From Chitinivibrionales bacterium (GTDB lineage Bacteria; Fibrobacterota; Chitinivibrionia; Chitinivibrionales; WJKA01): DNA of 64,000 bases. The position numbers and the translations under genes were made by a program. Where the stretch lies: positions 35,498 to 99,497 of the forward strand of contig JBBRUX010000009.1 of the NCBI GenBank assembly GCA_038247415.1. Direction: 5' to 3'. Under the pieces are notes generated by a model. That model made no database searches. It saw only the letters and a list, made by a program, of their open reading frames with translations, and was not told where the DNA came from. Below are positions 28,441 to 38,450 of the stretch, piece by piece. The first letter of the stretch is position 1, and each line of letters starts with the position of its first letter.

Positions 28441-30870
28441 CTAAAACTTAACAATAAGGGATACACGAGGCTGGCCGTCACGCACGCCATGACTACCCTC
28501 GTAATGGGAATCTGTTTTGTCTACAAATGGTCTGAGTGCCCCGGCAAAAAAGCCTTCGGGAGAGTGAATATACGAAAAGTCAAGTGCAAGAGGGCCATAT
28601 TTAAAGCCTACACCAAGAGTCCATTCGTAGCGTTCTCCAATATAATCGAATAAAAAACCAGTTCGCAGAGCAACAAAGCCAGCATACCAATATTCGAAAC
28701 CCGTGTTTATGTTAACTTCTTTAAGTTCCGATCTAAATTTATCGCTGTTGGTTTGCGAAGCAGAATCTTTCTTGAATAAATCGGTACCGATAGCGCGCCA
28801 AAAGGGATCGGGGTGTTTGCCTGCTTCCATATAATTTTTTGCAATTTCGCGATTAAGATCGAAGACAAATTTTAGGTCGTTGATAGGAGTTTCAGCTATG
28901 TGGTATGCCAAGCCAACCTTAATAGTAAAGGGAATTGGATTTTGTTCTTCTTTGTTAATGTAATAGATTGCCGGACCCATATTTTGAAAGTTGACACCTA
29001 TATCAAGGCCTTTTAAAACGTTACGGCGCAAAAGGCCTGCATCAATTGCAAATGTTTGACCTGTACCTGCCCCAGGGTTTGTTGGGTCGTAGCCCGGGGC
29101 AAGGGCGCTTACTACCCATTTCATATTGAGCCCAAAGGAAGAATTTGGTTTGTAAAGGAGTCCATACGAAATACCAAAGACCCCTTCCCATGATCGAAAA
29201 TTGTCAATAATTTTACCTTCGGCATCGGTAAGTACATTTTCGCCAAAGGTTATAAAATTGATGTTTAAGCCAAAGGTTCCCCAATCGTCGGTGGGCAAAA
29301 CAAAAGAGACGTAGGCATGGTAAAGGTCAGGAATTTTAAGGTTAGGAAGCAGGTTTTCCCAGAAGAAGAGCAATTGACGGTCTGCAACAGCGTATTGATT
29401 GATTGCTTTTTCTGAGGCTATAAAGATATTTTTTCCCGATATGGCCAGCGCTGTTATAGAATTTCCCTGGAGTGCATTTTTCGAATGAAATACTTTCCAG
29501 TCGGGGGGAAGTTGCACTTTTTTGCCCCGTTCATCGGTTATGGTTTCGCCTGCTTTAAAGCTTATAGCTCCTTGACTCGTTCCAATCCAGACGCGCTTAT
29601 CGGGGGTTTCTGCAAGTGAAGATACTTTGCTATTAGGGAAAACGAACCGTTGCCACGAGGTTTCGTTAAATATGGAAATGCCTCTGATTGATCCAACAAA
29701 AAGCCTATCCTGTGAATCATACAACAGTGCGGTTACATGGTTTTCCAAAAGACCGTTTGCGCTATCGAAGGTTACCCATGCATTGTTTTTTCTCTGAAAT
29801 AAACCATAGCGGGTTCCTACATACATATCTTGTGAGGTTTTGCCAAAAGCAAGCGCGGTTACCGAATTACCACGGATGTTGGTTGAATCGAACTCATATG
29901 TTTTCCATTTGCCTTTAGAGAATACTGCAAGACCCATATCCGTGCCAATTCCAACGTCGTTATTGGGGGATATGACAATTGTGGTTATAAAGAGGCTGGG
30001 CAAACCATCAACAAGTGATAATCTCGACCAGATTGAACCATCAAATTTCCAGAGTCCGTTTGTGGTGCCTACCCAAAGCTTATCTGCATCATCGTACGCG
30101 AGTGCAGTAATAGAATCGGCGAATGCGATAGTATAGGGGATCTTGACTTCAACAAGTTTTGAAAACTCAAAATCTGGGATAGTCAAGGCAGCAGCTATTG
30201 TGGCGGCTGCAACAGAAACTTTGCTCGAATCGATATTCATAGTGGAAAGTAGTTTACCAATTTCGGTGCTATCGCGGTCCAGAGATGATAATTCGAGAAT
30301 TTTTTCGCATAAGGCTTCGATTTTGATTGAGTCGGGCAATTTTCCTGCTAAAAGGGTATCGGAAAGAATTTTAGAAACGGCCTTAAATCGGTTCATCTCG
30401 ATTTTATTCTGCTGACGAATAAGTATCGCAGCGCGCAGTGTTGCAGATTCATCGGGGTTTTCTAAGCGTTTTCGGGCGATAGATAAAAGATCGTCGCCTT
30501 CTTCGATGACATAGGTTTCTGCGGTTTCCCAATTTTTCCCGTTGTATTTGATTATCCCATTTCGTGAAGCTCCCCAGATTTTTTCTTCGAAGGTGAGTTC
30601 CTTAGATTGTTTGCTTGCTAAAGCATAGTAGGGTCCATTTGGAAGAGCGTATGATTTCCAGGTGTTTGCAAGGGGAGATTGTCCAAATCCTGCGGGATTA
30701 AAAAAGGACGCACTTGCATCGTCTGCTATAGCCACAAAGGCTTCTGCAACGCCTGTGGCGCGTGCACCGGGAGGAAAACTGAGTGTGATGACAGAGGTTT
30801 CGAAGGCAGCGAATGCACTACCCGAAATAAGAAGAGTGATTCCAAGAAGCTTACGAAGATGTTGATGCAT
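28441..30870 (-). CDS. porV: PorV-family outer-membrane barrel with inserted LysM-like and beta-propeller domains
   Basis: PGARATGVAEAFVAIADDASASFFNPAG N-terminus; FAIDAGLL, NMGP, GFEYWY, LRTGF, DFSY, terminal Phe; insert with LWVGT.NGL repeats. Confidence 0.8.
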   Translation of the reverse strand: MHQHLRKLLGITLLISGSAFAAFETSVITLSFPPGARATGVAEAFVAIADDASASFFNPAGFGQSPLANTWKSYALPNGPYYALASKQSKELTFEEKIWGASRNGIIKYNGKNWETAETYVIEEGDDLLSIARKRLENPDESATLRAAILIRQQNKIEMNRFKAVSKILSDTLLAGKLPDSIKIEALCEKILELSSLDRDSTEIGKLLSTMNIDSSKVSVAAATIAAALTIPDFEFSKLVEVKIPYTIAFADSITALAYDDADKLWVGTTNGLWKFDGSIWSRLSLVDGLPSLFITTIVISPNNDVGIGTDMGLAVFSKGKWKTYEFDSTNIRGNSVTALAFGKTSQDMYVGTRYGLFQRKNNAWVTFDSANGLLENHVTALLYDSQDRLFVGSIRGISIFNETSWQRFVFPNSKVSSLAETPDKRVWIGTSQGAISFKAGETITDERGKKVQLPPDWKVFHSKNALQGNSITALAISGKNIFIASEKAINQYAVADRQLLFFWENLLPNLKIPDLYHAYVSFVLPTDDWGTFGLNINFITFGENVLTDAEGKIIDNFRSWEGVFGISYGLLYKPNSSFGLNMKWVVSALAPGYDPTNPGAGTGQTFAIDAGLLRRNVLKGLDIGVNFQNMGPAIYYINKEEQNPIPFTIKVGLAYHIAETPINDLKFVFDLNREIAKNYMEAGKHPDPFWRAIGTDLFKKDSASQTNSDKFRSELKEVNINTGFEYWYAGFVALRTGFLFDYIGERYEWTLGVGFKYGPLALDFSYIHSPEGFFAGALRPFVDKTDSHYEGSHGVRDGQPRVSLIVKF

Positions 30871-30888
30871 AAAGTGCAGGCTTTCTAT

Positions 30889-31464
30889 TTATCGGCTCCA
30901 GAGTGTCCAATCGGGCAAGTGCGGTACAACGCCACCTTTAATAAGTGGAACCATTCCCATGACTGTCGTTTGACGCAAGTTTTCCGATCCATGATAACGC
31001 TTAAGTGCGCATGCACAACCTAAGTGAAAAGGTGGAATCAGTTTAGGATATTTAAATATTTGAGCACGCGAAATAAACTGATTCTTCAAATGATACGGAT
31101 CGCACATTGGATCGTCGCCGGTAAAATGATACGAATAAAATTCTACCCCTTCTTTATCTCCCGATTCAATCTCGACAATGCTGTTTTCTAGCGAAGCCAA
31201 GAATTGATCTGCTGCTATATTCACGTCTTCGTCGGTAATAGTTACGTTTTGAGTCCTTAAATATTTAATAATTTCATCTCTAGACGGCTTGACTTCGCCA
31301 ATCGTTTCTCGTGGAGATTTACGAACGATAGAATAAATCCCGCTATTATGAATAAGAGGGGGTTCTGCTTCGGTTGCGGTGGAGCCTTCCTTGCGTGAAC
31401 CAACGCGAATGGCTATAAGAGCAAAAACAAGAAATATGATTATGCCTGCAACGGCGAGAATCAT
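30889..31464 (-). CDS. Membrane-anchored hypothetical protein with PPFHLGCAC motif
   Basis: AAGGAG RBS, N-terminal TM, DPMCD...PPFHLGCACAL. Confidence 0.75.
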   Translation of the reverse strand: MILAVAGIIIFLVFALIAIRVGSRKEGSTATEAEPPLIHNSGIYSIVRKSPRETIGEVKPSRDEIIKYLRTQNVTITDEDVNIAADQFLASLENSIVEIESGDKEGVEFYSYHFTGDDPMCDPYHLKNQFISRAQIFKYPKLIPPFHLGCACALKRYHGSENLRQTTVMGMVPLIKGGVVPHLPDWTLWSR

Positions 31465-31516
31465 AGGTTAACTCCTTAAATTTCAGTATCTTAGAATAGT
31501 AAGATGCTGATTCAAG

Positions 31517-32722
31517 TTACATGTTGTTTACAATAGCCTTACCAAATCCAGAACACGAAACTTCTACGGCGTTTTCGGTGAGTCGAGCAAAATCGTAGGT
31601 TACGGTTTTGGCCTTTATCGCATTTTGAACACCATGGAGGATAAGATCGGCAGCTTCTAACCACCCCATATGTCGCAGCATCATTTCTCCCGAGAGAATT
31701 ACTGATGATGGATTGACCTTGTCGAGGTTTGCATATTTTGGAGCAGTACCATGTGTTGCTTCAAAAACGGCATGTCCTGTGATGCAATTAATATTGGCTC
31801 CAGGTGCTATGCCAATGCCACCAACTTGTGCTGCAAGAGCATCGGAAATATAATCACCATTGAGATTCATAGTGGCAATGACATCAAATTCATCGGCGCG
31901 AATGAGGATCTGTTGAAGAAAATTATCCGCGATTGCATCTTTGATAAGAATTTTGCCTGCTGGTGGATTGCCGTTGCATTGTTCCCAGGAAATAACCTTG
32001 TCCGAAAATTCTTCGTGGGCAAGTTCGTATCCCCATTTACAAAAAGCGCCTTCGGTAAACTTCTGGATATTGCCTTTATGCACAAGGGTAATGCTCTTGC
32101 GATTGTTCTCGATGGCATACTTAAGAGCTGCGCGAATGAGCCGCTTGGACCCAGCTTCGGAAATTGGCTTAATACCAATACCCGTGTCTGGCTGCAAATC
32201 CCAGTTGTAGGTTAGTTTGAGAAATTCGATGAGCTTGAGGGCTCCGGGTGTTTTTGCTTCAAGTTCTTTTCCTGCGTAGACGTCTTCTGTGTTCTCCCGA
32301 AAAATAACCATATCGACAAGTTCTGGCTTCTTGACAGGAGATGGTACTCCGGTGAAATATTTTACCGGTCGCAGGCATACGTATAAATCAAGTAGTTGAC
32401 GTAATGCAACATTGAGCGATCGAATGCCGCCACCAACAGGGGTTGTTAGGGGGCCTTTAATTCCAACGAGGTATTCTCTAAACGCTGCAACTGTTTCGTT
32501 GGGGAGCCAATTTCCGGTGGCTTTAAAAGCTTTTTCGCCAGCCAGCACTTCTTTCCAGATAATTTTACGCTTGCCGTCATATGCTTTTGCAACCGCTGCA
32601 TCAAAAACAAATTGGGATGCACGCCAAATATCGGGGCCTGTTCCATCGCCTTCGATAAAAGGGATAATGGGCTCATGAGGAACGGTTAGAACTGACTGCT
32701 GCATAGTAATACTATTTGACAT
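31517..32722 (-). CDS. icd: NADP-dependent isocitrate dehydrogenase
   Basis: [53 protein letters not shown]. Confidence 0.97.
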   Translation of the reverse strand: MSNSITMQQSVLTVPHEPIIPFIEGDGTGPDIWRASQFVFDAAVAKAYDGKRKIIWKEVLAGEKAFKATGNWLPNETVAAFREYLVGIKGPLTTPVGGGIRSLNVALRQLLDLYVCLRPVKYFTGVPSPVKKPELVDMVIFRENTEDVYAGKELEAKTPGALKLIEFLKLTYNWDLQPDTGIGIKPISEAGSKRLIRAALKYAIENNRKSITLVHKGNIQKFTEGAFCKWGYELAHEEFSDKVISWEQCNGNPPAGKILIKDAIADNFLQQILIRADEFDVIATMNLNGDYISDALAAQVGGIGIAPGANINCITGHAVFEATHGTAPKYANLDKVNPSSVILSGEMMLRHMGWLEAADLILHGVQNAIKAKTVTYDFARLTENAVEVSCSGFGKAIVNNM

Positions 32723-32880
32723 ACAATTTCCTTATCGATTGGTTCTGAGTAAGAGAGCAATGGAATCAAACAGCATAAAAATCATGATTGTTTGAAATCC
32801 AAAAATACGAAACGGGGTGGGGTTTCACAAGCAGTACTATTGACTGTAGCCTGGCAGATAATTAATTTAATATCGAAAAT

Positions 32881-32952
32881 GCGGGAGTAACTCAATGGTA
32901 GAGTGTCACCTTCCCAAGGTGAAGGTCGTGGGTTCGAATCCCATTTCCCGCT
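32881..32952 (+). tRNA. tRNA-Gly (anticodon CCC)
   Basis: GCGGGAG/TTCCCGC acceptor, TCACC-TTCCCAA-GGTGA anticodon arm, GGTTCGAATCC; CCA not encoded. Confidence 0.97.
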
Positions 32953-32973
32953 TTTTTTTCTTCCCAAGTATGT

Positions 32974-34323
32974 TTAAAAGGTGATCCCAGCTGTAGCTTG
33001 AACCGATAATCCCTGGTTCATGAAGGTATATTCGGTATTTTTTGGCCCAACATTTCCTGCAACGGTTAAGCTCGCAGAGAGATTATGCATGGTAGCATAC
33101 GATAAGCTTGTCGCTAGTATCGCGCATTTTTGAGAGATATTCGCCATGCTTTGAACTGTAAGTGTTAAATCGGGAATGATAAATTTTGTTACATTTGCCA
33201 TCGCTGCTGCGTACCAAGGGGAATAGCTGTTTGCCTCATATCTGCCTGAGGCAAGCAAGAGCATGAGCGCTTGACCCGCTGGCAGTGTATCGCTTGATGG
33301 TCCCTGCGACAGCACAACTGGCTTTTGAAAGCGGTAGAATGTTTTATCCTCAAAGAAGTTTTTTGTATATCCATTACTCACATAATATCCTTCTAGAGCC
33401 ACGGTGAGCCTGTCCTTGATCTGCAGGACTTCGAATGACCGTGACAGAGACACGCATGCCCGACCATTCCAGAGAGTGTCATTTTTAGTGAGATCGATGG
33501 TGTCGTTGCGAATCTTTAGATGAGAAAAATTTTCGCCTTTGGAAATGCTAACTTCACCAGATAGAGAAAGGGTTGCAACTTTGCTCGAAAAGTCGACCCC
33601 AATCACAGGCTTGTAAGAATTTTTATCCCACAGTGAAACAGCAACTTCAGTTCCACCAAGCAATACTTCTGCTTTAAGGGCAACAGCAATGCTGTCGAAG
33701 GATTTTGCATCCTTCGCATCGATAAACCCATAGAAATTTGCGCGCGTTCCAAAGGGAATGTGGGTACGAAGTCCATAGGCCCCTTCGCGGTATCCAATTT
33801 TTTGAATAAAGAGCTTTTTTTCTACATTGATTAAATCGGTAGGATTCCAGAAATTGCAGCGCCCCCATTGAAGAACTTGCTTTCCTGCGCGTAAATAAAC
33901 GTTTTTATTGATGTTTACATCAATAAAAATTTCCCGGAGCGACATGAGAATTTCTGAGTTTGTTGCAGAGTATTGCATTTCGAGATTGGCAAATGATTTT
34001 ATATCCATGGGTAGCCGGATATCGAGCATGAGGTTGCCGATCATGGATGCCCCAAATGTTGCGTTGCTCGTATCTTCTCCACCAAAGCGATCTCTTCCTA
34101 CACCTCCCACAAAGGCACTTGTAATGCCACCCGAAAATCCGACAGTTGTTTTTTCGGGATCGTTCTGGGTCCCCGTAAGCGAATGCCGTTTTGAAGTGTC
34201 AAGAGCAATAACCGTGGTGGTATCGGAAAAAAGTGCCGATTCATCAAACGCATCTTGAGCATAAATAATAGTCGGAATAAGCATTATTGAAAAAAGTACG
34301 AATACCCGAATGTGGTGTAACAA
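32974..34323 (-). CDS. Outer-membrane beta-barrel protein, last gene of Lol-like ABC operon
   Basis: Signal peptide; LREIFID, GKQVLQWG..WNPTDLIN; terminal Phe. Confidence 0.75.
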   Translation of the reverse strand: MLHHIRVFVLFSIMLIPTIIYAQDAFDESALFSDTTTVIALDTSKRHSLTGTQNDPEKTTVGFSGGITSAFVGGVGRDRFGGEDTSNATFGASMIGNLMLDIRLPMDIKSFANLEMQYSATNSEILMSLREIFIDVNINKNVYLRAGKQVLQWGRCNFWNPTDLINVEKKLFIQKIGYREGAYGLRTHIPFGTRANFYGFIDAKDAKSFDSIAVALKAEVLLGGTEVAVSLWDKNSYKPVIGVDFSSKVATLSLSGEVSISKGENFSHLKIRNDTIDLTKNDTLWNGRACVSLSRSFEVLQIKDRLTVALEGYYVSNGYTKNFFEDKTFYRFQKPVVLSQGPSSDTLPAGQALMLLLASGRYEANSYSPWYAAAMANVTKFIIPDLTLTVQSMANISQKCAILATSLSYATMHNLSASLTVAGNVGPKNTEYTFMNQGLSVQATAGITF

Positions 34324-34343
34324 GAGAATCTCCTTGACATATG

Positions 34344-35129
34344 TTATTTCGATAAGCTCTCAAGATAGGCTTTGGTAAAAATCTGGTCGTCGACTTTGGC
34401 GGTTTTAATGTCGGCAATTTCCATTATAGTTTTATTGCCTTTTTCAAACTCGTCAACATACATGCTCTTTACAGCAACATAATTGCCATCGATAATCGAA
34501 TAGTTAATGTAATAAGCCGACTGCATGAGTGTTCCAGAAGAAGAATATGCTTCTTCCTTAAGGGGCAAAAAGTTGTCGGTACGCACCCAGTAGATTTTTT
34601 TGGGATAATCGACATCCTTGACTATTGCACGAACTTCAAATTTGTAAACAGGGATTTTCCCGAGCATTTCCTCGGTGACAGGGTTTTTACCGCTCGTATC
34701 CTTTGGCGGGGCATACAGTTCGGTGAGTTTCCGATTTTCGAAATCATCGCCGCGCGCATCGGAGCCACCAATGTTTTCGTCGCGGTTGATATGCTGGAAT
34801 GTGCGCGTATTTTTACGATACATCCAAAAGTTTTCTCCTACTCGGAGATAGCCGTTTCCTTTTTCAGATTCTGGTGCTGTTAAGATAATAAGGAATGCAT
34901 TATCTTTATCGCGTCGATAATACATTGCTTCTGTTTTTTTAACGCCCTGAGAAGGCTTTTGCTGGGTAAGGGACACCTGAGCAAAAACATCTGATTTTTG
35001 GGTTTGAATCACTTCGATTTTTTTAAGAATTTCGGGGACCGTTGGACCCGCACAGCTACTAGCTGCTAAAAGTAGACCGATAATTGCTGCTCGAACAAAC
35101 ATACACATTCTCCTTTGTTTATTATTCAT
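34344..35129 (-). CDS. Outer-membrane lipoprotein-sorting (LolA-like) protein
   Basis: APESEKGNGYL, FWMY, GSDARGDD, FTKAYLE; start may be an internal Met. Confidence 0.85.
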   Translation of the reverse strand: MNNKQRRMCMFVRAAIIGLLLAASSCAGPTVPEILKKIEVIQTQKSDVFAQVSLTQQKPSQGVKKTEAMYYRRDKDNAFLIILTAPESEKGNGYLRVGENFWMYRKNTRTFQHINRDENIGGSDARGDDFENRKLTELYAPPKDTSGKNPVTEEMLGKIPVYKFEVRAIVKDVDYPKKIYWVRTDNFLPLKEEAYSSSGTLMQSAYYINYSIIDGNYVAVKSMYVDEFEKGNKTIMEIADIKTAKVDDQIFTKAYLESLSK

Positions 35130-36888
35130 AATGACGAAGAGCTTCTGCCGCAGACATTTTGGCCGCAGCTCTGGCTGGAAAAAAGGCTGTTACTACTGCA
35201 ATAATTTGGATCATTAGTACATACCCCACAGATGCGAGAAGTGAAGGTGTAAAGTGAAGATGACCGCTCACTAAGAGCATAGAGAGTTGATTGTCTTCTC
35301 CTCCAAGATGCCATAAAGAAAGTAGCGCCATTGCACCATATGCTCCAAATCCGCCTATGACGGAAGAGAAAAAAGCTAAGAAAAATGTTTCGAGAAGAAA
35401 TGAGGTGCGCACATCGCTTGCTTGCATGCCAATTGCGCGCACGGTACCAATTTCGCGCGTTCGTTCTCTAATTGTCATGCGAAGGGTGTTAATAACACCA
35501 ATGAGAATAATACAGAAAAGAATAAGAACCGCAACAAGAGTGACCAGGGTAAGTACCGATTCCATTTGCAGCACAATCGAGGCCGTTTCGTACATCGATT
35601 GTACGCTAACGGTTATGCCCTTATAGCGAGCTTTGCCTGCTTCCTTGAGGGCTTTGGTGTACTCATCGGTTGTTTTACATCGTTTAATGAGAAGGTATTC
35701 TGGAGCAATGCCGGCAAATACGGGGGAAGCTGAATCGGGCAAAAGCTTTGCTTGAGTGGTGTCGGTGGCGGCCCAGGGTTCATAAAAGTTTTTATAGAAT
35801 TCTTTTTCGTTAAGCAGTAGTGTCTGAGTGGGAAGTTTGTTACCAAAAGCTGCTATTCCATTTATTGTTACGCGAAACGAACCGCTGTCGGGAGCATATT
35901 TGCCTGCATAGGAAACGCGGATAGTATCTCCAATCGCAATTCCCAGAGCTTGTGCAGATTCTTGGGAAATAATTGCACCTGTCCGACTCAATGCAGTGCT
36001 CGTGTCTCCTGCAGAAAGGGTAATATGGGTAGCGAATATCTTATGAGATGCAGTGTCATTGCGCATACCTAAAACAATAAGTGATGCAGTAGATTGAGCA
36101 GATCGAGCTGTTCCGTAAATGGCTCCCATACCCGACTTGAGGCTTGCATGAATGCGATTTGCAAGGTCGATAGAGGCTTTTTTAGGATTGGCAATATTTA
36201 TTTGGTAATTAGCAACATCATGAGGTCCATAGCCTGTAATCTTTTTGACATCTGGCATATTCAAAAATATGGGTGAAGACATAAAAACATTTGCAGGCTT
36301 AAATATCGCGGCAACGGTCAACCGTGCGCTTTGACTTTGTCCATCTACATTGGTAAATTTAACTTTAAGTACGTCGCCTCGTTTTAATCCTAGGTAGGTT
36401 GCTTTTTGGGTTGCGATAGCGACAGGATTTTCCAGTGTGGAATCTTTCAGATTTTCAAAGGATCCATCAATCATTTTGAAGTTTGCCAAATATTCTTCGG
36501 CATCTTTTTTGGAGATAGTTGCCCCCAAATCAATGCCCACCATAATGACATTATCTGCGCGGGTATTGCCAATTGCGCGAGCCATCATGCCGATTGCTTC
36601 AGATTTCATTTCGGCATTGGGAGCTTCTTTTTCAATGATATGTTTGATGCGATCGCCATCCCGAAAAATCTGGTTCATGAGGTTGCCATTTTGAGAATAT
36701 CCCAGCGCAACATGCCCATTGGTATACTTTACAATGCGATTAAGAATGACATCGGTAAGGCCAGAAGAAAATGCATTCGCAAGAATGAGAATGAGGGTTC
36801 CAAATGCAATGGCAACACCCAAAAGAATATTTCGGCGCTTTTGGCGCAATAAATTTCGTAAACTTATCATTACAAGAATATTTTTCAT
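35122..36888 (-). CDS. FtsX/LolE-like ABC permease with two periplasmic modules
   Basis: RNLLRQKRRN, ERTREIGTVRAIG, PARAAAKMSAAEALR. Confidence 0.92.
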   Translation of the reverse strand: MKNILVMISLRNLLRQKRRNILLGVAIAFGTLILILANAFSSGLTDVILNRIVKYTNGHVALGYSQNGNLMNQIFRDGDRIKHIIEKEAPNAEMKSEAIGMMARAIGNTRADNVIMVGIDLGATISKKDAEEYLANFKMIDGSFENLKDSTLENPVAIATQKATYLGLKRGDVLKVKFTNVDGQSQSARLTVAAIFKPANVFMSSPIFLNMPDVKKITGYGPHDVANYQINIANPKKASIDLANRIHASLKSGMGAIYGTARSAQSTASLIVLGMRNDTASHKIFATHITLSAGDTSTALSRTGAIISQESAQALGIAIGDTIRVSYAGKYAPDSGSFRVTINGIAAFGNKLPTQTLLLNEKEFYKNFYEPWAATDTTQAKLLPDSASPVFAGIAPEYLLIKRCKTTDEYTKALKEAGKARYKGITVSVQSMYETASIVLQMESVLTLVTLVAVLILFCIILIGVINTLRMTIRERTREIGTVRAIGMQASDVRTSFLLETFFLAFFSSVIGGFGAYGAMALLSLWHLGGEDNQLSMLLVSGHLHFTPSLLASVGYVLMIQIIAVVTAFFPARAAAKMSAAEALRHYE

Positions 36889-36911
36889 AATTTTTCCTTT
36901 ATGTTAATACA

Positions 36912-38414
36912 TCAATCTCGTGAAATGGCATCGAGTGGTGTAATACGACGTGCAACAGAAAGCGGATACAGTACAGCTATGAGGGTAACCAGAGCAAGCT
37001 GGAGAATGGTGATACCAATATCTCCAAGCGAAAGAAATGGCCTAAACGTATCGCCACCATACAAAAGCTGAAGCATATCGTTGTCGGTTGTCCAGTGCAA
37101 GAGGGAAACTATCTGGATAGCAATAAAACCAGAAACTATGCCTATGCCACCAAAAACAAAAGAGAGCATGCCTGTTTCTGCAAAGAACATTCTCCCAATA
37201 AAACTTTTTTTTGCACCCACGGCGCGCATCATGCCTATTTCGGATGTGCGTTCGAGTGCAGCCATAGAAAGGGTGTTAACAATAATTATGATCGCAACAA
37301 AAAAGAGAAACATTACAAACAAGAAAAGGGCGGCTTTAATGACAACCGCGATAGATCCGACGAGCCCTGTGGCTTTTTTCCAGCTAACTGCACGCACCCC
37401 AATCTTTTTCCCGCTCTCGGTGATCTTTTTAACCGATGCATCGAGATTTTGTCCGGGAATAAGCTTGACTAGAACTAAGTTGTAAACTCCTGTGTTAATA
37501 TCAACAGGTTTAACGGGAGACGCTATCGCTAACGTTTTAGCAACAGGCGCATCGCTTGAAGCTTTAGGCGGTTCTGCTCCAAAGAGCGCTGTTGGATCAT
37601 CGAGTGCTAGCAGGTGCTTTTCAGCTTCCGAAAGAACTACCGAGGCATCGTCGGCACGTAGATATCCCAGACACGAACGGTACGATTCGATATCCAGTAT
37701 AGGAAAGTTCCCAAATATCGTATTGAGGGCCTGGTATTTAACAACGCCAGCAACTTCAGTACGAACATCGGTCGTGGAATTATCGGAATTCATCCCCATG
37801 TAAACAACCGAGTGTTTGATTGCGATGTCGTCGAGGGTTGTTTTTGAATCGGGAGGTAGAAGTGCCGTGTCAAGTGAGCAGGTTGGGCAGGTAAACCAGA
37901 TATTAGAAAAGTTAAAAAACTGCTTTCGCCACCCAGTAGGAACGAGAACGGCGGGACCATTGCTCATAGGGAATGTACCTTCGATCACTTTAAGGTTTTC
38001 CCCAAAAAATGCTTTATACTTGGCAAAATCTACGCCAAGAACAAATACGAAATCTGGCATGCCTCCATCTTCATTCAACACCATCGCGGTGTTTTTTCCA
38101 ATGGGGAGCCACGACTTAACAATTAAAATTGTTTTAAGCATCGAATCGATAGAAGGGTAATTGTAAATGGGGTCGATAGCTTTTCCCATAAATTCCAGAA
38201 AAACATTATCGCTTTCTTGAGTTGTGGCAGCAATAATCAGATCGCCGGTAAATCCCTCAACAATATTTTTTTGAAGACCGCGATCCATTCCCGATATCAC
38301 GCCATTTCCAATGGTCATTACAAAAGCACCTAAAAAGAGGATGACCCCAATTATAATGCTTTTGCCCCGATGTCGCAGAATATTTCGCCATGCAATTTTT
38401 ATAATAAGATTCAT
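36912..38414 (-). CDS. FtsX/LolC-like ABC permease
   Basis: IAWRNILRH, ERTSEIGMMRAVGA, ARRITPLDAI. Confidence 0.92.
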   Translation of the reverse strand: MNLIIKIAWRNILRHRGKSIIIGVILFLGAFVMTIGNGVISGMDRGLQKNIVEGFTGDLIIAATTQESDNVFLEFMGKAIDPIYNYPSIDSMLKTILIVKSWLPIGKNTAMVLNEDGGMPDFVFVLGVDFAKYKAFFGENLKVIEGTFPMSNGPAVLVPTGWRKQFFNFSNIWFTCPTCSLDTALLPPDSKTTLDDIAIKHSVVYMGMNSDNSTTDVRTEVAGVVKYQALNTIFGNFPILDIESYRSCLGYLRADDASVVLSEAEKHLLALDDPTALFGAEPPKASSDAPVAKTLAIASPVKPVDINTGVYNLVLVKLIPGQNLDASVKKITESGKKIGVRAVSWKKATGLVGSIAVVIKAALFLFVMFLFFVAIIIIVNTLSMAALERTSEIGMMRAVGAKKSFIGRMFFAETGMLSFVFGGIGIVSGFIAIQIVSLLHWTTDNDMLQLLYGGDTFRPFLSLGDIGITILQLALVTLIAVLYPLSVARRITPLDAISRD

Positions 38415-38450
38415 GATTTTTCCTGTGTGAAGAAGACTAGAAATACCTAT

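Noticed and set aside
12660..32952. Genomic island or prophage at either tRNA
   Set aside because: No integrase, no duplicated tRNA 3' end seen, and the flanks include housekeeping genes
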